Origin: Acidimicrobiales bacterium
GTDB lineage: Bacteria > Actinomycetota > Acidimicrobiia > Acidimicrobiales > JAKAVM01
NCBI GenBank assembly: GCA_027452005.1
Contig: DAIDHF010000003.1
Span: 38,925-102,924, forward strand
DNA length: 64,000 nt
Direction of reading: 5' to 3'
A program made the position numbers and the translations under genes. The notes below the pieces were generated by a model, which was given only the letters and a program-made list of their open reading frames with translations, did no database searches and had not been told where the DNA came from. Shown piece by piece: positions 27,103 to 35,135 of this stretch (positions are counted from its first letter, which is position 1; every line of letters starts with the position of its first letter).

Positions 27103-27621
27103 ATGTCGGAGGAGATAGTGGAGGAAGTCCTAATCCGTGCAAGTGCAATGGCTGACGATTACAAATATTCGGTAGATAGCAACCGATTCTTCTCGACTTG
27201 CGATTGGTCGGATAGCATTCAGAGCGTTGTACTTTTCGCGTTCTCCGCCGGAACTCTTGGGATGCTAGGATTCCCATGGAATCTGTGCGGACTTTTCCCC
27301 ATGGTGGTCTCAATTTTTGGCATCCTCTACTTCTTCGGATCAGGGAAGCTCCTGATTACCTCTAACGGTGTCGAATTTGTTCGCTTCGTTCGGTGGAAGC
27401 GGGTGATCTCGTATTCAGATATTGAACGGGCCGAGGCGCGACAACACATGATGGGATACCCCCGCATAAGTCCCTGTATCGTTACCAAGAACGGGAAGAA
27501 GCTGACGCTCGTAGTATTTCAGCAGTTCGGGCCATTGGGTAAGAAGCTAGGAAGCAGAACTGAACGGATCGTGGCTGCTATCAACTTGGGGGTCGCGGAG
27601 TGGCGTGCGGTATTTGAATAA
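27103..27621 (+). CDS. Candidate immunity protein: two TM helices plus a bacterial PH-like (bPH) C-terminal region
   Basis: The gene lies immediately downstream of the RHS C-terminal domain. It has a hydrophobic pair (VVLFAFSAGTLGMLGF / LFPMVVSIFGILYFFG) followed by LLITSNGVEFVRFVRWKRVISYSDIERAE. The immunity role is inferred from position only. Confidence 0.45.
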   Translation: MSEEIVEEVLIRASAMADDYKYSVDSNRFFSTCDWSDSIQSVVLFAFSAGTLGMLGFPWNLCGLFPMVVSIFGILYFFGSGKLLITSNGVEFVRFVRWKRVISYSDIERAEARQHMMGYPRISPCIVTKNGKKLTLVVFQQFGPLGKKLGSRTERIVAAINLGVAEWRAVFE

Positions 27622-28225
27622 GCGGAAGTAACCCCTCACACACGCGCTACCAGCCATTTCTCGATCCGGATGCGCGTCGCTGGCGAGCAACGAAGGTAAA
27701 CGATCTGCGCCCTGCCAGAGACCCGAGACAGGCCCTCGGTGCTTGCCAGGCTTTACCGTCGGTACCCCATGGATGTCACGCGTTCTAAAGATGAACTTAG
27801 TCGAATATGGACTTCTGGGTTCTTGCTGGGAGCGAGAGGAGCTGTGGCAGGTCTTTACAGGATGCACGATCTTGGCTTCCTGGAGCTTTTCGGTGGCGAT
27901 CTCGCAGGTTGCCACTCCATGGCCGATTCGGCCAAGAGCACTGAAGTGGTCGACCGGTGTGGCGCGTCCCCATTTATCGGTCCACCGTCTATGTTGGTAT
28001 TTCGTCCTTCATGATGCCATCGCCAGGTCTTGGTTGGTAGATATCTTGAATGTACTTGAAGTAGCGATCAAAGGAAACAACGCATCAACTTTACATAATT
28101 AATATTATGTGCGGTATATCGTGAAGCGATTGTAGATAATGAGGTGTCAGCTAGCCCTATTGCCTGTAAGATCCCACTTGTACATCCAATACTGTGGTTC
28201 TGTACGGCTATCAAGGAAGTATCCC

Positions 28226-30163
28226 CTACTGGCTAATCCCCGAAGTAGGAACAGGTGGTGCCCACCCCCCATAGTAGGGAGCATCTCCAAAGGAGTAGAT
28301 AGCGCCACTTGAGGTTGTTAGCCAGTAGCCCTTGCTATCACTGGTTGAGGCTATCGAGACCACGTTGTTGACTGGTGGATTGACCTGGTTGGTAGTGTCT
28401 GGTGGGTCTTGTGGGTTGATCTGGCCAGTTGAGCCAAAATAGCTGGCATCTCCAAAGGAGTAGATGGCACCACTTGAGGTTGCTAGCCAGTAGCCTTTTC
28501 CATCACCGGTTGAGGCTATCGAGACCACGTTGTTGACTGGTGGGTTTAGTTCATTTGTTGGACCCGGTGGGTCTTGTGGGTTGATCTGACCAGTTGAGCC
28601 CAGGTATGGGGCATCTCCAAAGGAGTAGATGGCGCCACTTGAGGTTGCTAGCCAGTAGCCTTTTGGCTGAGTGCTAGTGGACGCAATCCCTACAACTGGA
28701 TCACTAAGAGGATATAAGGTCCCAGAACAAGAAAGTGAGCCCTGTGAGGTAAGTGTTGTTGTGTCTCCCTTCGAATCTGCCAAAACGTAGGCCTGCGTAG
28801 TTGAATTTATGCTAACTAGAGATAGGGACTCACTGGCCCTTTCAGGGGGTGAGGAGGAATCAGATACCTGGACACTAACAGTTGCGGAACCTGAAATTAT
28901 GGGTGTCCCTGAGATTATCCCTGAAGGAGAAAGGGTGAGTCCGCTAGGTAGAGAACCTTGGGAGATCGTCCAACTATACGGAGGATGACCATATTGGGCA
29001 GATAGAGACTCCCTAAATGGTTGGCCTACAATAGCTAGAGAAGTACAAGGGGTTGTTGGCTGTAAGTAGAGGGTACCTACTAGAATGGAGCCACCAACTG
29101 CAATACACTCTAGTGCTGACGGGCACGCGATCGACAGGTAGTTATATTCAGGATTTGGTATCGACTCACGAGACCACTTACTTGAACCACCAGTTGGGTC
29201 CAGCGAGACATAGGCATCATTACCAGTTGCGACACATTCAGTACTAGTAGGACAGCTTATTGATTCTAGCCAACCATTTGAAATTTGCGTCGAGGTCCAG
29301 TCTTGTGCTCCACCCATAGGGTTGGTTGATATAATCACATTTCCACCGTAATCGACGACAGCACAGAAGTTATTTGAAGCACATGAGATTCCCTTTAGAA
29401 GACTCGAACTAGTCCCATAGATCGCAGTACTATTAGTATCAATTCCTTCTGTAATAAACGTAGGACCCCCGCCAGCTGGATTTGAAGAGGCATAGATGTA
29501 GCCATCATCACCCATTATTACGCACAAGCTTGTTGATGGACACGAAATTGAATCTAAGAACGTGTATAGCAATCCAAAAGGTGGGCTTTGCAATGTCCCG
29601 GGGAACCAGGCTGATGAACCACCGGTTGGGTTAGTCGAAACTACAACTTCGGGTGTATTACCGACAAGAAGACAGAGCGTAGTCGACGGACACGATACCC
29701 CATAGAAAACATTGGCATTTGAACCAGCAAAGACCCCACTCAACTGAATAGTTGTGGGAACCCAGGCAGATGAACCACCGGCTGGATTCGTGGAGACAAA
29801 TATAGTGTTACTCTCTCCCACCGCCACACACAAGCTAACCGATGCACAGAAAACGTCATTCAGATGGATATTTATTGATATATTAAACGAACTCCACGAT
29901 TGTAAATTAACGCTCGGGTCGTTGGATACAAAGATAGTATCACCAGATGTAGCTACACAGAGCGAGCTAGATGGACACGAAACACTGTCTAGAACCACAC
30001 CTGAATAGGAACTCAAATTACTAAAAAGTTCGGAGGATGCCCAACTATATACTGGCTGACTCAATGAATCAATCGCTGATCGGGCTAAAGCAACTGCAGG
30101 ACTTATAGTGACAATTAAAAAAGTAGCTATTACTGTATGGGAAAGCCGGGACAGCTTTTTCAT
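28226..30163 (-). CDS. Secreted repeat protein: signal peptide, about 8 Cys-pair/Asp-box-like propeller blades, He_PIG-like Ig domain, three C-terminal GYW...G.IYSFGDA repeats
   Basis: A signal peptide is present (MKKLSRLSHTVIATFLIVTISPAVALA). The blades are of the form (I/V)SCPS..LCV..G....I..STNP.GG...W. The Ig motif is PPYSWTISQGSLPSGLTLSPSGIISGTP. The C-terminal repeats read KGYWLATSSGAIYSFGDAPYLGSTGQINPQDPP. Confidence 0.85.
   Translation of the reverse strand: MKKLSRLSHTVIATFLIVTISPAVALARSAIDSLSQPVYSWASSELFSNLSSYSGVVLDSVSCPSSSLCVATSGDTIFVSNDPSVNLQSWSSFNISINIHLNDVFCASVSLCVAVGESNTIFVSTNPAGGSSAWVPTTIQLSGVFAGSNANVFYGVSCPSTTLCLLVGNTPEVVVSTNPTGGSSAWFPGTLQSPPFGLLYTFLDSISCPSTSLCVIMGDDGYIYASSNPAGGGPTFITEGIDTNSTAIYGTSSSLLKGISCASNNFCAVVDYGGNVIISTNPMGGAQDWTSTQISNGWLESISCPTSTECVATGNDAYVSLDPTGGSSKWSRESIPNPEYNYLSIACPSALECIAVGGSILVGTLYLQPTTPCTSLAIVGQPFRESLSAQYGHPPYSWTISQGSLPSGLTLSPSGIISGTPIISGSATVSVQVSDSSSPPERASESLSLVSINSTTQAYVLADSKGDTTTLTSQGSLSCSGTLYPLSDPVVGIASTSTQPKGYWLATSSGAIYSFGDAPYLGSTGQINPQDPPGPTNELNPPVNNVVSIASTGDGKGYWLATSSGAIYSFGDASYFGSTGQINPQDPPDTTNQVNPPVNNVVSIASTSDSKGYWLTTSSGAIYSFGDAPYYGGWAPPVPTSGISQ
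28287..28690 (-). repeat. Tandem 165-nt coding repeats (2.4 copies, roughly 90% identical)
   Basis: Units start at 28287, 28452 and 28617, each with ccaaaggagtagat(a/g)gc(g/a)ccacttgaggttg. Confidence 0.9.
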
Positions 30164-30187
30164 CTATAGCTTACCGACATGTGACGG

Positions 30188-30452
30188 TTACCGCCCAACC
30201 ATGATGGAGCCACCAACTGCAATACACTCTAGTGCTGACGGGCACGCGATCGACAGGTAGTTATATTCAGGATTTGGCATCGACTCACGAGACCACCGAC
30301 ATGAACCACCAGATGGTTCCAGCGAGACATAGGCGTCATTACCAGCTGCAACACACTCAGTTCTAGTAGGACAGCTTATTGATTCCAGCCGACCAGTTGA
30401 AATGGGCGTCGAGGTCCAGTCTTGTGTTCCACCAATAGGTTCGGACAGACCC
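30188..30452 (-). pseudogene. Fragment duplicating an internal part of the adjacent 645-aa gene (no start codon; open for about 84-92 codons; ends TAA 24 nt upstream of the intact gene's ATG)
   Basis: About 30203-30450 aligns to 29088-29335. The first roughly 80 nt are identical and overall identity is about 90%. The translation is EPIGGTQDWTSTPISTGRLESISCPTRTECVAAGNDAYVSLEPSGGSCRWSRESMPNPEYNYLSIACPSALECIAVGGSIMVGR*. Confidence 0.75.
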
Positions 30453-31045
30453 CATCGATGACTTCTTGTCTAATTTCTACCACAGTGCTTCCTTTCTAGA
30501 TACAGATTCTATCCGTATTGGGGTTAGTACCTCTTACACAAAGTTTCGGACATCCTCTCCAGTGGAAATATTAGCTCAAACCCTTGCGCGGCTCCCCGAA
30601 AACAGGGCCACCTCCAATGTGAGTATTTAGCAAATTAGTTGGCTACTATTGCCAAAAAGAATACGGAGGTAAACCCTCACAGTCAGGAAAGTTGTCGCAT
30701 GAGAAATCTGCATAGAGGGTTGACCGATAAATGATGCCTGCCACCCGACACGGTAAAAATCCCCGCTTGGCAGCATTGAGATAATGGCCAAAACAACATT
30801 TTCAAAATCAACCCTTTACACAGAGGATCGGACAGACCCGTTGATCCCGAGGGCCGTTACGGATTCTGCGGTGATGCGTGGCGCGCTCTTGACGTGTTGA
30901 TCGCCGGTTCAGGCCCGTAGTCGCTCAGGTAGTAGCCGATTACTAAACCGACGCGATTGTCTAGCGGGCGCCATCACTAATGACAGCATTCAATCTCTTG
31001 GTCGAGGCTGTCTCGTCTTCGGGTAACCCTCACCCTCTACCGGCG

Positions 31046-31078
31046 AAAAACCACCGCACTAGCTACTGGTGCGGCTGG
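31046..31078 (-). terminator. Rho-independent terminator candidate after the hydrolase gene
   Basis: The minus-strand RNA reads ccagccgcac-cagtagcta-gtgcggtgg followed by UUUUU. It starts about 25 nt after the stop at 31102. Confidence 0.55.
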
Positions 31079-31101
31079 TTCTGGAGCTCTTTAGGACCAC
31101 G

Positions 31102-31908
31102 TCAACCCGGTTCAAAGACATCCTTGATTAGCCCTGCAAGTTGTTGCGGGTGAGACAGATGTGCTCCATGGCCGGCTCCAGGGATCTCAAATAGTTTAGA
31201 ACCGGCTATCTCGTCGTGGAGTTCGTCGGTTCCCCGAATTTGGTGTGGAAAGGTTCTAGATCCTCGTACGATAGTGATAGGTACCTGAAATTTAGAAGTC
31301 TCAAAAGGTGCCGGGCCTTGTCTGAGTTGGGAGATTTCCAGGACAAAAGTAGGACCCTCAGACCTGCGTTCTTCCTTGGTTCGTTTAGGGAGTTTTTCCC
31401 ACCTCGCATCCCCGATCATTCTTCGGATAAATATCTCGGCTACGTCTTGAGGACTCACATCTGAGTTCTCGGGTCTCGCAGTGGGCCCGGGCCACCAGGA
31501 CCGCCACAAGAGTGGAGGCTCAAATGCGACGACCTGGCGGACCAAGTCCGGAAACTCGTACGTCAGGGCCAGGGCGATCGTGGCCCCATAGCTGTGGCCA
31601 ACAACCACCGCTCGGCCACCCGGCAATATCTCAAGGGCATCGATAACTTGCGAGTGAAAGTCCGCTGGTTGGTCTTGACCGGCCAGGCGAGAGCGGTGAT
31701 AGCCCCGCCGGTCATAGGTTACAGTTGCAAACCCGTCTAGACAGTTGTGTAGCCGGTTAAAGCTGGTCCCACGGTCCATGGAGCCGTGGATCATCAGCAC
31801 CGGGATTAGCTGATTAGTATTGTCGGGTCCATGGCTAGGGAACCTGTAAGTGTACAGGCCTGACTGACTATAGCCGCTAAATCGTTCACTGAGACCTTGT
31901 GTGTCCAC
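31102..31908 (-). CDS. Alpha/beta-fold hydrolase
   Basis: The nucleophile elbow is VVGHSYGATIAL and a C-terminal GAGHGAHLSHP is present. The GTG start lies 2 nt after the queE stop. Confidence 0.8.
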   Translation of the reverse strand: MDTQGLSERFSGYSQSGLYTYRFPSHGPDNTNQLIPVLMIHGSMDRGTSFNRLHNCLDGFATVTYDRRGYHRSRLAGQDQPADFHSQVIDALEILPGGRAVVVGHSYGATIALALTYEFPDLVRQVVAFEPPLLWRSWWPGPTARPENSDVSPQDVAEIFIRRMIGDARWEKLPKRTKEERRSEGPTFVLEISQLRQGPAPFETSKFQVPITIVRGSRTFPHQIRGTDELHDEIAGSKLFEIPGAGHGAHLSHPQQLAGLIKDVFEPG

Positions 31909-31910
31909 TA

Positions 31911-32702
31911 CTAGAGCTGGTCTATAAACTTGTGCACCTGGGGGAGCACCCGTACTAGTGGCGTAACAGCCAGGGCCCGGTCTTGAAGTGCTAAGAGATC
32001 TCGTGGGCTAATTGTGGTGGTCACCAGCCCAAAGGGGGTAACCGGCTGAAGATAGATATCGGTAATCTCCTCAATCGGGGAAAGCTTTGAGATTGCGTCA
32101 CAGAGTTCTGAGGCACTTGTATCTGGTCCGACCACAACTTTTAGATAGAGATGAACGCCGGGATTTAGCTCTAGGGCTTTTCGAGCAAAGTTGACATGCT
32201 TTTCAATGGGTATTGCTTGTCGATCCACACTGTCTAGTTTGATATCCATTGAAATCGCGTCGAGGTATTGCGCGCACTTTCCGAGGGATCTGGCGAGCAT
32301 AGCGTTTGTCTCTAGGTGGATTCGAAAGTTGTTCTCCTTTAGCCCGCCAACCAGCTCAGATAATTTGTCTGCCTGCATGAGTGGTTCGCCACCGGTGAGC
32401 GTTACCGAGTGGTGGGGGACCTGTTCATTCAGACTGACCACCTTTCGAATAAGTTGCGATATCAAGTAGGGACTTGGAGCAATCTCCCAGTCTCTTTTCC
32501 CGGGAACTTGTTCAATCCGACAGGTCGTATTGTGAAGTTCGAGAGCCTCGGGTTGGTCACAGTAAACACACCGGATATTACATCCAGATAGGCGAACAAA
32601 TATCTGCCTGTGGCCAACGTAATGTCCCTCACCCTGGATCCCGGAGAAAATCTCTGAGAGATAGATGGAACTTGTCACAGCTTGGCTAGATGAGCGATTC
32701 AT
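31911..32702 (-). CDS. queE: 7-carboxy-7-deazaguanine synthase (radical SAM)
   Basis: The motif EIFSGIQGEGHYVGHRQIFVRLSGCNIRCVYCDQPE is present. The start is set at Met38 of the ORF (32702), giving a 17-nt overlap with queC. Confidence 0.85.
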   Translation of the reverse strand: MNRSSSQAVTSSIYLSEIFSGIQGEGHYVGHRQIFVRLSGCNIRCVYCDQPEALELHNTTCRIEQVPGKRDWEIAPSPYLISQLIRKVVSLNEQVPHHSVTLTGGEPLMQADKLSELVGGLKENNFRIHLETNAMLARSLGKCAQYLDAISMDIKLDSVDRQAIPIEKHVNFARKALELNPGVHLYLKVVVGPDTSASELCDAISKLSPIEEITDIYLQPVTPFGLVTTTISPRDLLALQDRALAVTPLVRVLPQVHKFIDQL

Positions 32703-33372
32703 CTTCGATGCCCACCTGCGAAAACCCCTTGGAGCGCAGATAACACGACTCACAAGTCCCACAAGGGGCCGAGAAGTTGTTGTAACAACTCCATGATAGC
32801 CCCAGAGGCGCATTGAGCTGCTGGCCGACCTCTATAATCTCAGCCTTGCTCATAGAGATAAGTGGGGTAACAATCGAAACCGGGTTACCCTCAATCCCTC
32901 GCTTTTGGCCAACTCGGGCCACTTTCGAGAAGGCCTCGATAAATTCGGGTCGACAGTCTGGATAGCCGCTGTAATCTAGGGAGTTTACCCCGATGTACGC
33001 GTGGGACAGGTCACGGGCCTCACAAATTCCCAGGGCAACCGAGAGAAATATTATGTTGCGAGCTGGAACGTAAGTATTGGGAATGGAGCCCTGTTGGCCC
33101 TGGTCGGCACTCGGGATTTCGAGACCCGGGTCAACCAAAGATGACCCGCCCCATCTCGAAACGTCAAGGGCAACAACTATATGCTCGCAACCATAGTGGC
33201 CAGCAATCTGGGCGGCTCGGTCGATCTCTACTCTGGCCTTTTGGCCGTAGTCAAAGGTCACGGCAACCAGATTTCCCGACTCGGCTTTTCGGGCAATAGC
33301 CATGCAGACCGTAGAGTCCAGTCCTCCAGACAAGATGACCAAAGATCCGTTGCTTGTGTGAGTGAACTTCAC
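32686..33372 (-). CDS. queC: 7-cyano-7-deazaguanine synthase
   Basis: The PP-loop is VILSGGLDSTV and the C-terminal Zn cluster is CYNNFSAPCGTCESC. Confidence 0.9.
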   Translation of the reverse strand: MKFTHTSNGSLVILSGGLDSTVCMAIARKAESGNLVAVTFDYGQKARVEIDRAAQIAGHYGCEHIVVALDVSRWGGSSLVDPGLEIPSADQGQQGSIPNTYVPARNIIFLSVALGICEARDLSHAYIGVNSLDYSGYPDCRPEFIEAFSKVARVGQKRGIEGNPVSIVTPLISMSKAEIIEVGQQLNAPLGLSWSCYNNFSAPCGTCESCYLRSKGFSQVGIEDESLI

Positions 33373-33417
33373 GATATTACCTATTAGATAAAGAGGTCAT
33401 AAAAGTATGAGACGCGG

Positions 33418-33798
33418 TCACCGGTAAACCTCTACCCATCCGTCGGTAGTCTCAAATAGCTTGATCTTGGATGCGTCAAGACCGGCCTCGTGCAATAGAC
33501 ACAAAGCAGTCGCGGCAATATTTTCGGCCGTGGGGTTTTCAAGGGTGTCATTTAGTAGCTTGTGATCCCACCTCTTGACGATCACCTCGTTTACCACCCG
33601 TTCAATGTCGGAAAAGTCAACCACCATACCATTGGGGGAAATGGGACCTGATACCGATACTTCGATTTTGTAGCTGTGTCCGTGGAGGTCGTGGCACTTT
33701 CCCGGATGACCCGGCAGGTAATGGGCCGCTTCAAAGGAGAAGGAACTAGTAACCACGGCCTGAGCTGGCAGTTGAGGAGGGGGGCTATTGCTGGTCAC
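33418..33798 (-). CDS. queD: 6-carboxy-5,6,7,8-tetrahydropterin synthase
   Basis: The motifs FSFEAAHYLPGHPGKCHDLHGHSYKIEV are typical of the PTPS/QueD family. The exact GTG start is uncertain. Confidence 0.85.
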   Translation of the reverse strand: MTSNSPPPQLPAQAVVTSSFSFEAAHYLPGHPGKCHDLHGHSYKIEVSVSGPISPNGMVVDFSDIERVVNEVIVKRWDHKLLNDTLENPTAENIAATALCLLHEAGLDASKIKLFETTDGWVEVYR

Positions 33799-33885
33799 GT
33801 GGGACCATGCTAGTTGCCCGGCGACAACCTCTTCACCTCTGTGCCAAGTTGCCGGGCACGGGTCGTCGTTTTAGGTCCAAGAGAG

Positions 33886-33916
33886 CGAAGCCCCCGATGG
33901 GGGGTCGGGGGCTTCG
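33886..33916 (-). terminator. Perfect 12-bp GC-rich hairpin (terminator-like) between the 74-aa gene and queD
   Basis: The hairpin is cgaagcccccga-tgggggg-tcgggggcttcg. It lies 55 nt downstream of the stop at 33971. The U-tract is weak. Confidence 0.5.
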
Positions 33917-33970
33917 AGTGGGTCAATGACCCAGTGTGGCCGCCTGAGGGGCAGGTGTGGTAGGCGTTAC

Positions 33971-34195
33971 TCAGGCGGCCGGTTGGCCGTATGGCTGACC
34001 GAGTTGTTGGTAGCAATCAAGGTGGTAGTGCTCGACCCTAATCCAACTTCCCTTCTCATAAACGTTCGCAATGACCTGACGAGACCGGTTCTTGGCACTA
34101 AAACGAACTTGGTCTTTGCAGAACTCGCACACTACAAAGGTTCCAGGCTCAATCACCCTAGTTACTGCTCGGCTCGCCATCTTTGCTCCGGCCAT
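33971..34195 (-). CDS. Small conserved-looking hypothetical protein (74 aa, CxxC...C)
   Basis: The ORF contains VVCEFCKDQVRFSAKNR...VEHYHLDCY and is followed by a strong hairpin. No family was recognised. Confidence 0.45.
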   Translation of the reverse strand: MAGAKMASRAVTRVIEPGTFVVCEFCKDQVRFSAKNRSRQVIANVYEKGSWIRVEHYHLDCYQQLGQPYGQPAA

Positions 34196-34271
34196 ATAAG
34201 TTATTCGGCAACTTTCCCCTGTAAGTTTAGGAAATATTCAAAAATGCTTATATTCAAACTGGTCGAAATAT

Positions 34272-35090
34272 CTATGTGAGATGCGTCTTGTGCTCGAAAA
34301 GTCCTCCGTAGGGGTCTCGTGCGGTACCCCCAAAGTCCCCAATTGGCATGGATGGATCGAACCAACGAGGAGCCGATAGATACCACTGGGTATTTTCATA
34401 CCTAAACTCGGCAACCAACTCAACATAGGAGGTCTCTTGGCTTGAGATCCCCTCAGATCCAAACCCAAACACCCGCTCAGGTCCCAAGATCGAGTTCATG
34501 GTTGCTCGACCTCTAACTAGTCTGCGGTAGTCATTCCTCGAGAGTTCCCCAAAGTGAAAACTAAGGCAACTGTCGATCTCCAAGAGTCGCTCCTCTCCAA
34601 AAGAGTAAATTAGATTTGGATAGGGAAGGTCAGCCCACAGTCCCCAAAGCCAGACCACGGGAAGCCGTTCCACCTCGTTACCTCGGGACAGGACTTCAAT
34701 AGCCTGCAACGTGGAACGTCCTGCCAGTACGTGTCCCGGGTGGCCATCGAGGGGACTTGAAGAAACCAATATCTTTGGAGAGAGTTCCACGATTGCCCTA
34801 GATATCTCGGCACACGACCTAGAGTGGTACTCGTCGATCTTGTCTTGAGCTATTGGGTCATCAAGTGGATCTTGAAACACTCTAAGTTCAAAGCGAGCGG
34901 CCTTACAGGCACTAGTTACCTCACGCAATCTTCGCTCGTATTGGTTAGCTGACCCAAGACTTGAGACCAAGTTGACTACCGTCCATCCAGCGTCTCTCAG
35001 GGCCATCAAAAACGCGGGTGCCCCAATTAGTTCGTCGTCACAGTGAGGAGAGATATGCAAAACGGTGTTAGGGTTCTCAGTGACACCCAC
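34272..35090 (-). CDS. PIG-L/LmbE-family N-acetylglucosaminyl deacetylase
   Basis: The N-terminal motif is VLHISPHCDDELIGAPA (PH.DD), and a later HPGH is present. Confidence 0.75.
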   Translation of the reverse strand: MGVTENPNTVLHISPHCDDELIGAPAFLMALRDAGWTVVNLVSSLGSANQYERRLREVTSACKAARFELRVFQDPLDDPIAQDKIDEYHSRSCAEISRAIVELSPKILVSSSPLDGHPGHVLAGRSTLQAIEVLSRGNEVERLPVVWLWGLWADLPYPNLIYSFGEERLLEIDSCLSFHFGELSRNDYRRLVRGRATMNSILGPERVFGFGSEGISSQETSYVELVAEFRYENTQWYLSAPRWFDPSMPIGDFGGTARDPYGGLFEHKTHLT

Positions 35091-35135
35091 TGTCAGCTCC
35101 CAGCATTTTTATGCACAGAGTTCCTATTTTGCACT

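Noticed and set aside
27547-28102. Three overlapping ORFs (27547-27915 minus; 27739-28014 and 27743-28102 plus) downstream of the candidate immunity gene.
   Set aside because: They are mutually exclusive, show no motifs in any frame on either strand, and lack RBSs. They were treated as decayed or non-coding sequence, possibly relics of further toxin/immunity cassettes.
29088-30452. Diversity-generating retroelement (TR/VR pair) as an explanation for the 250-bp diverged duplicate.
   Set aside because: Only about 12 of about 20 differences involve coding-strand A in one copy, and the rest are other substitutions. The first 80 nt are identical, no reverse transcriptase is nearby, and the in-gene copy is not at the 3' end of the gene.
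33799-33885. A canonical preQ1 riboswitch upstream of queD.
   Set aside because: The leader contains AGAGGUU and AACUAG, but it lacks the complementary CCUCU stem strand and the A-rich tail of preQ1-I, and it fits neither class II nor class III by eye. It is reported only as a structured leader.
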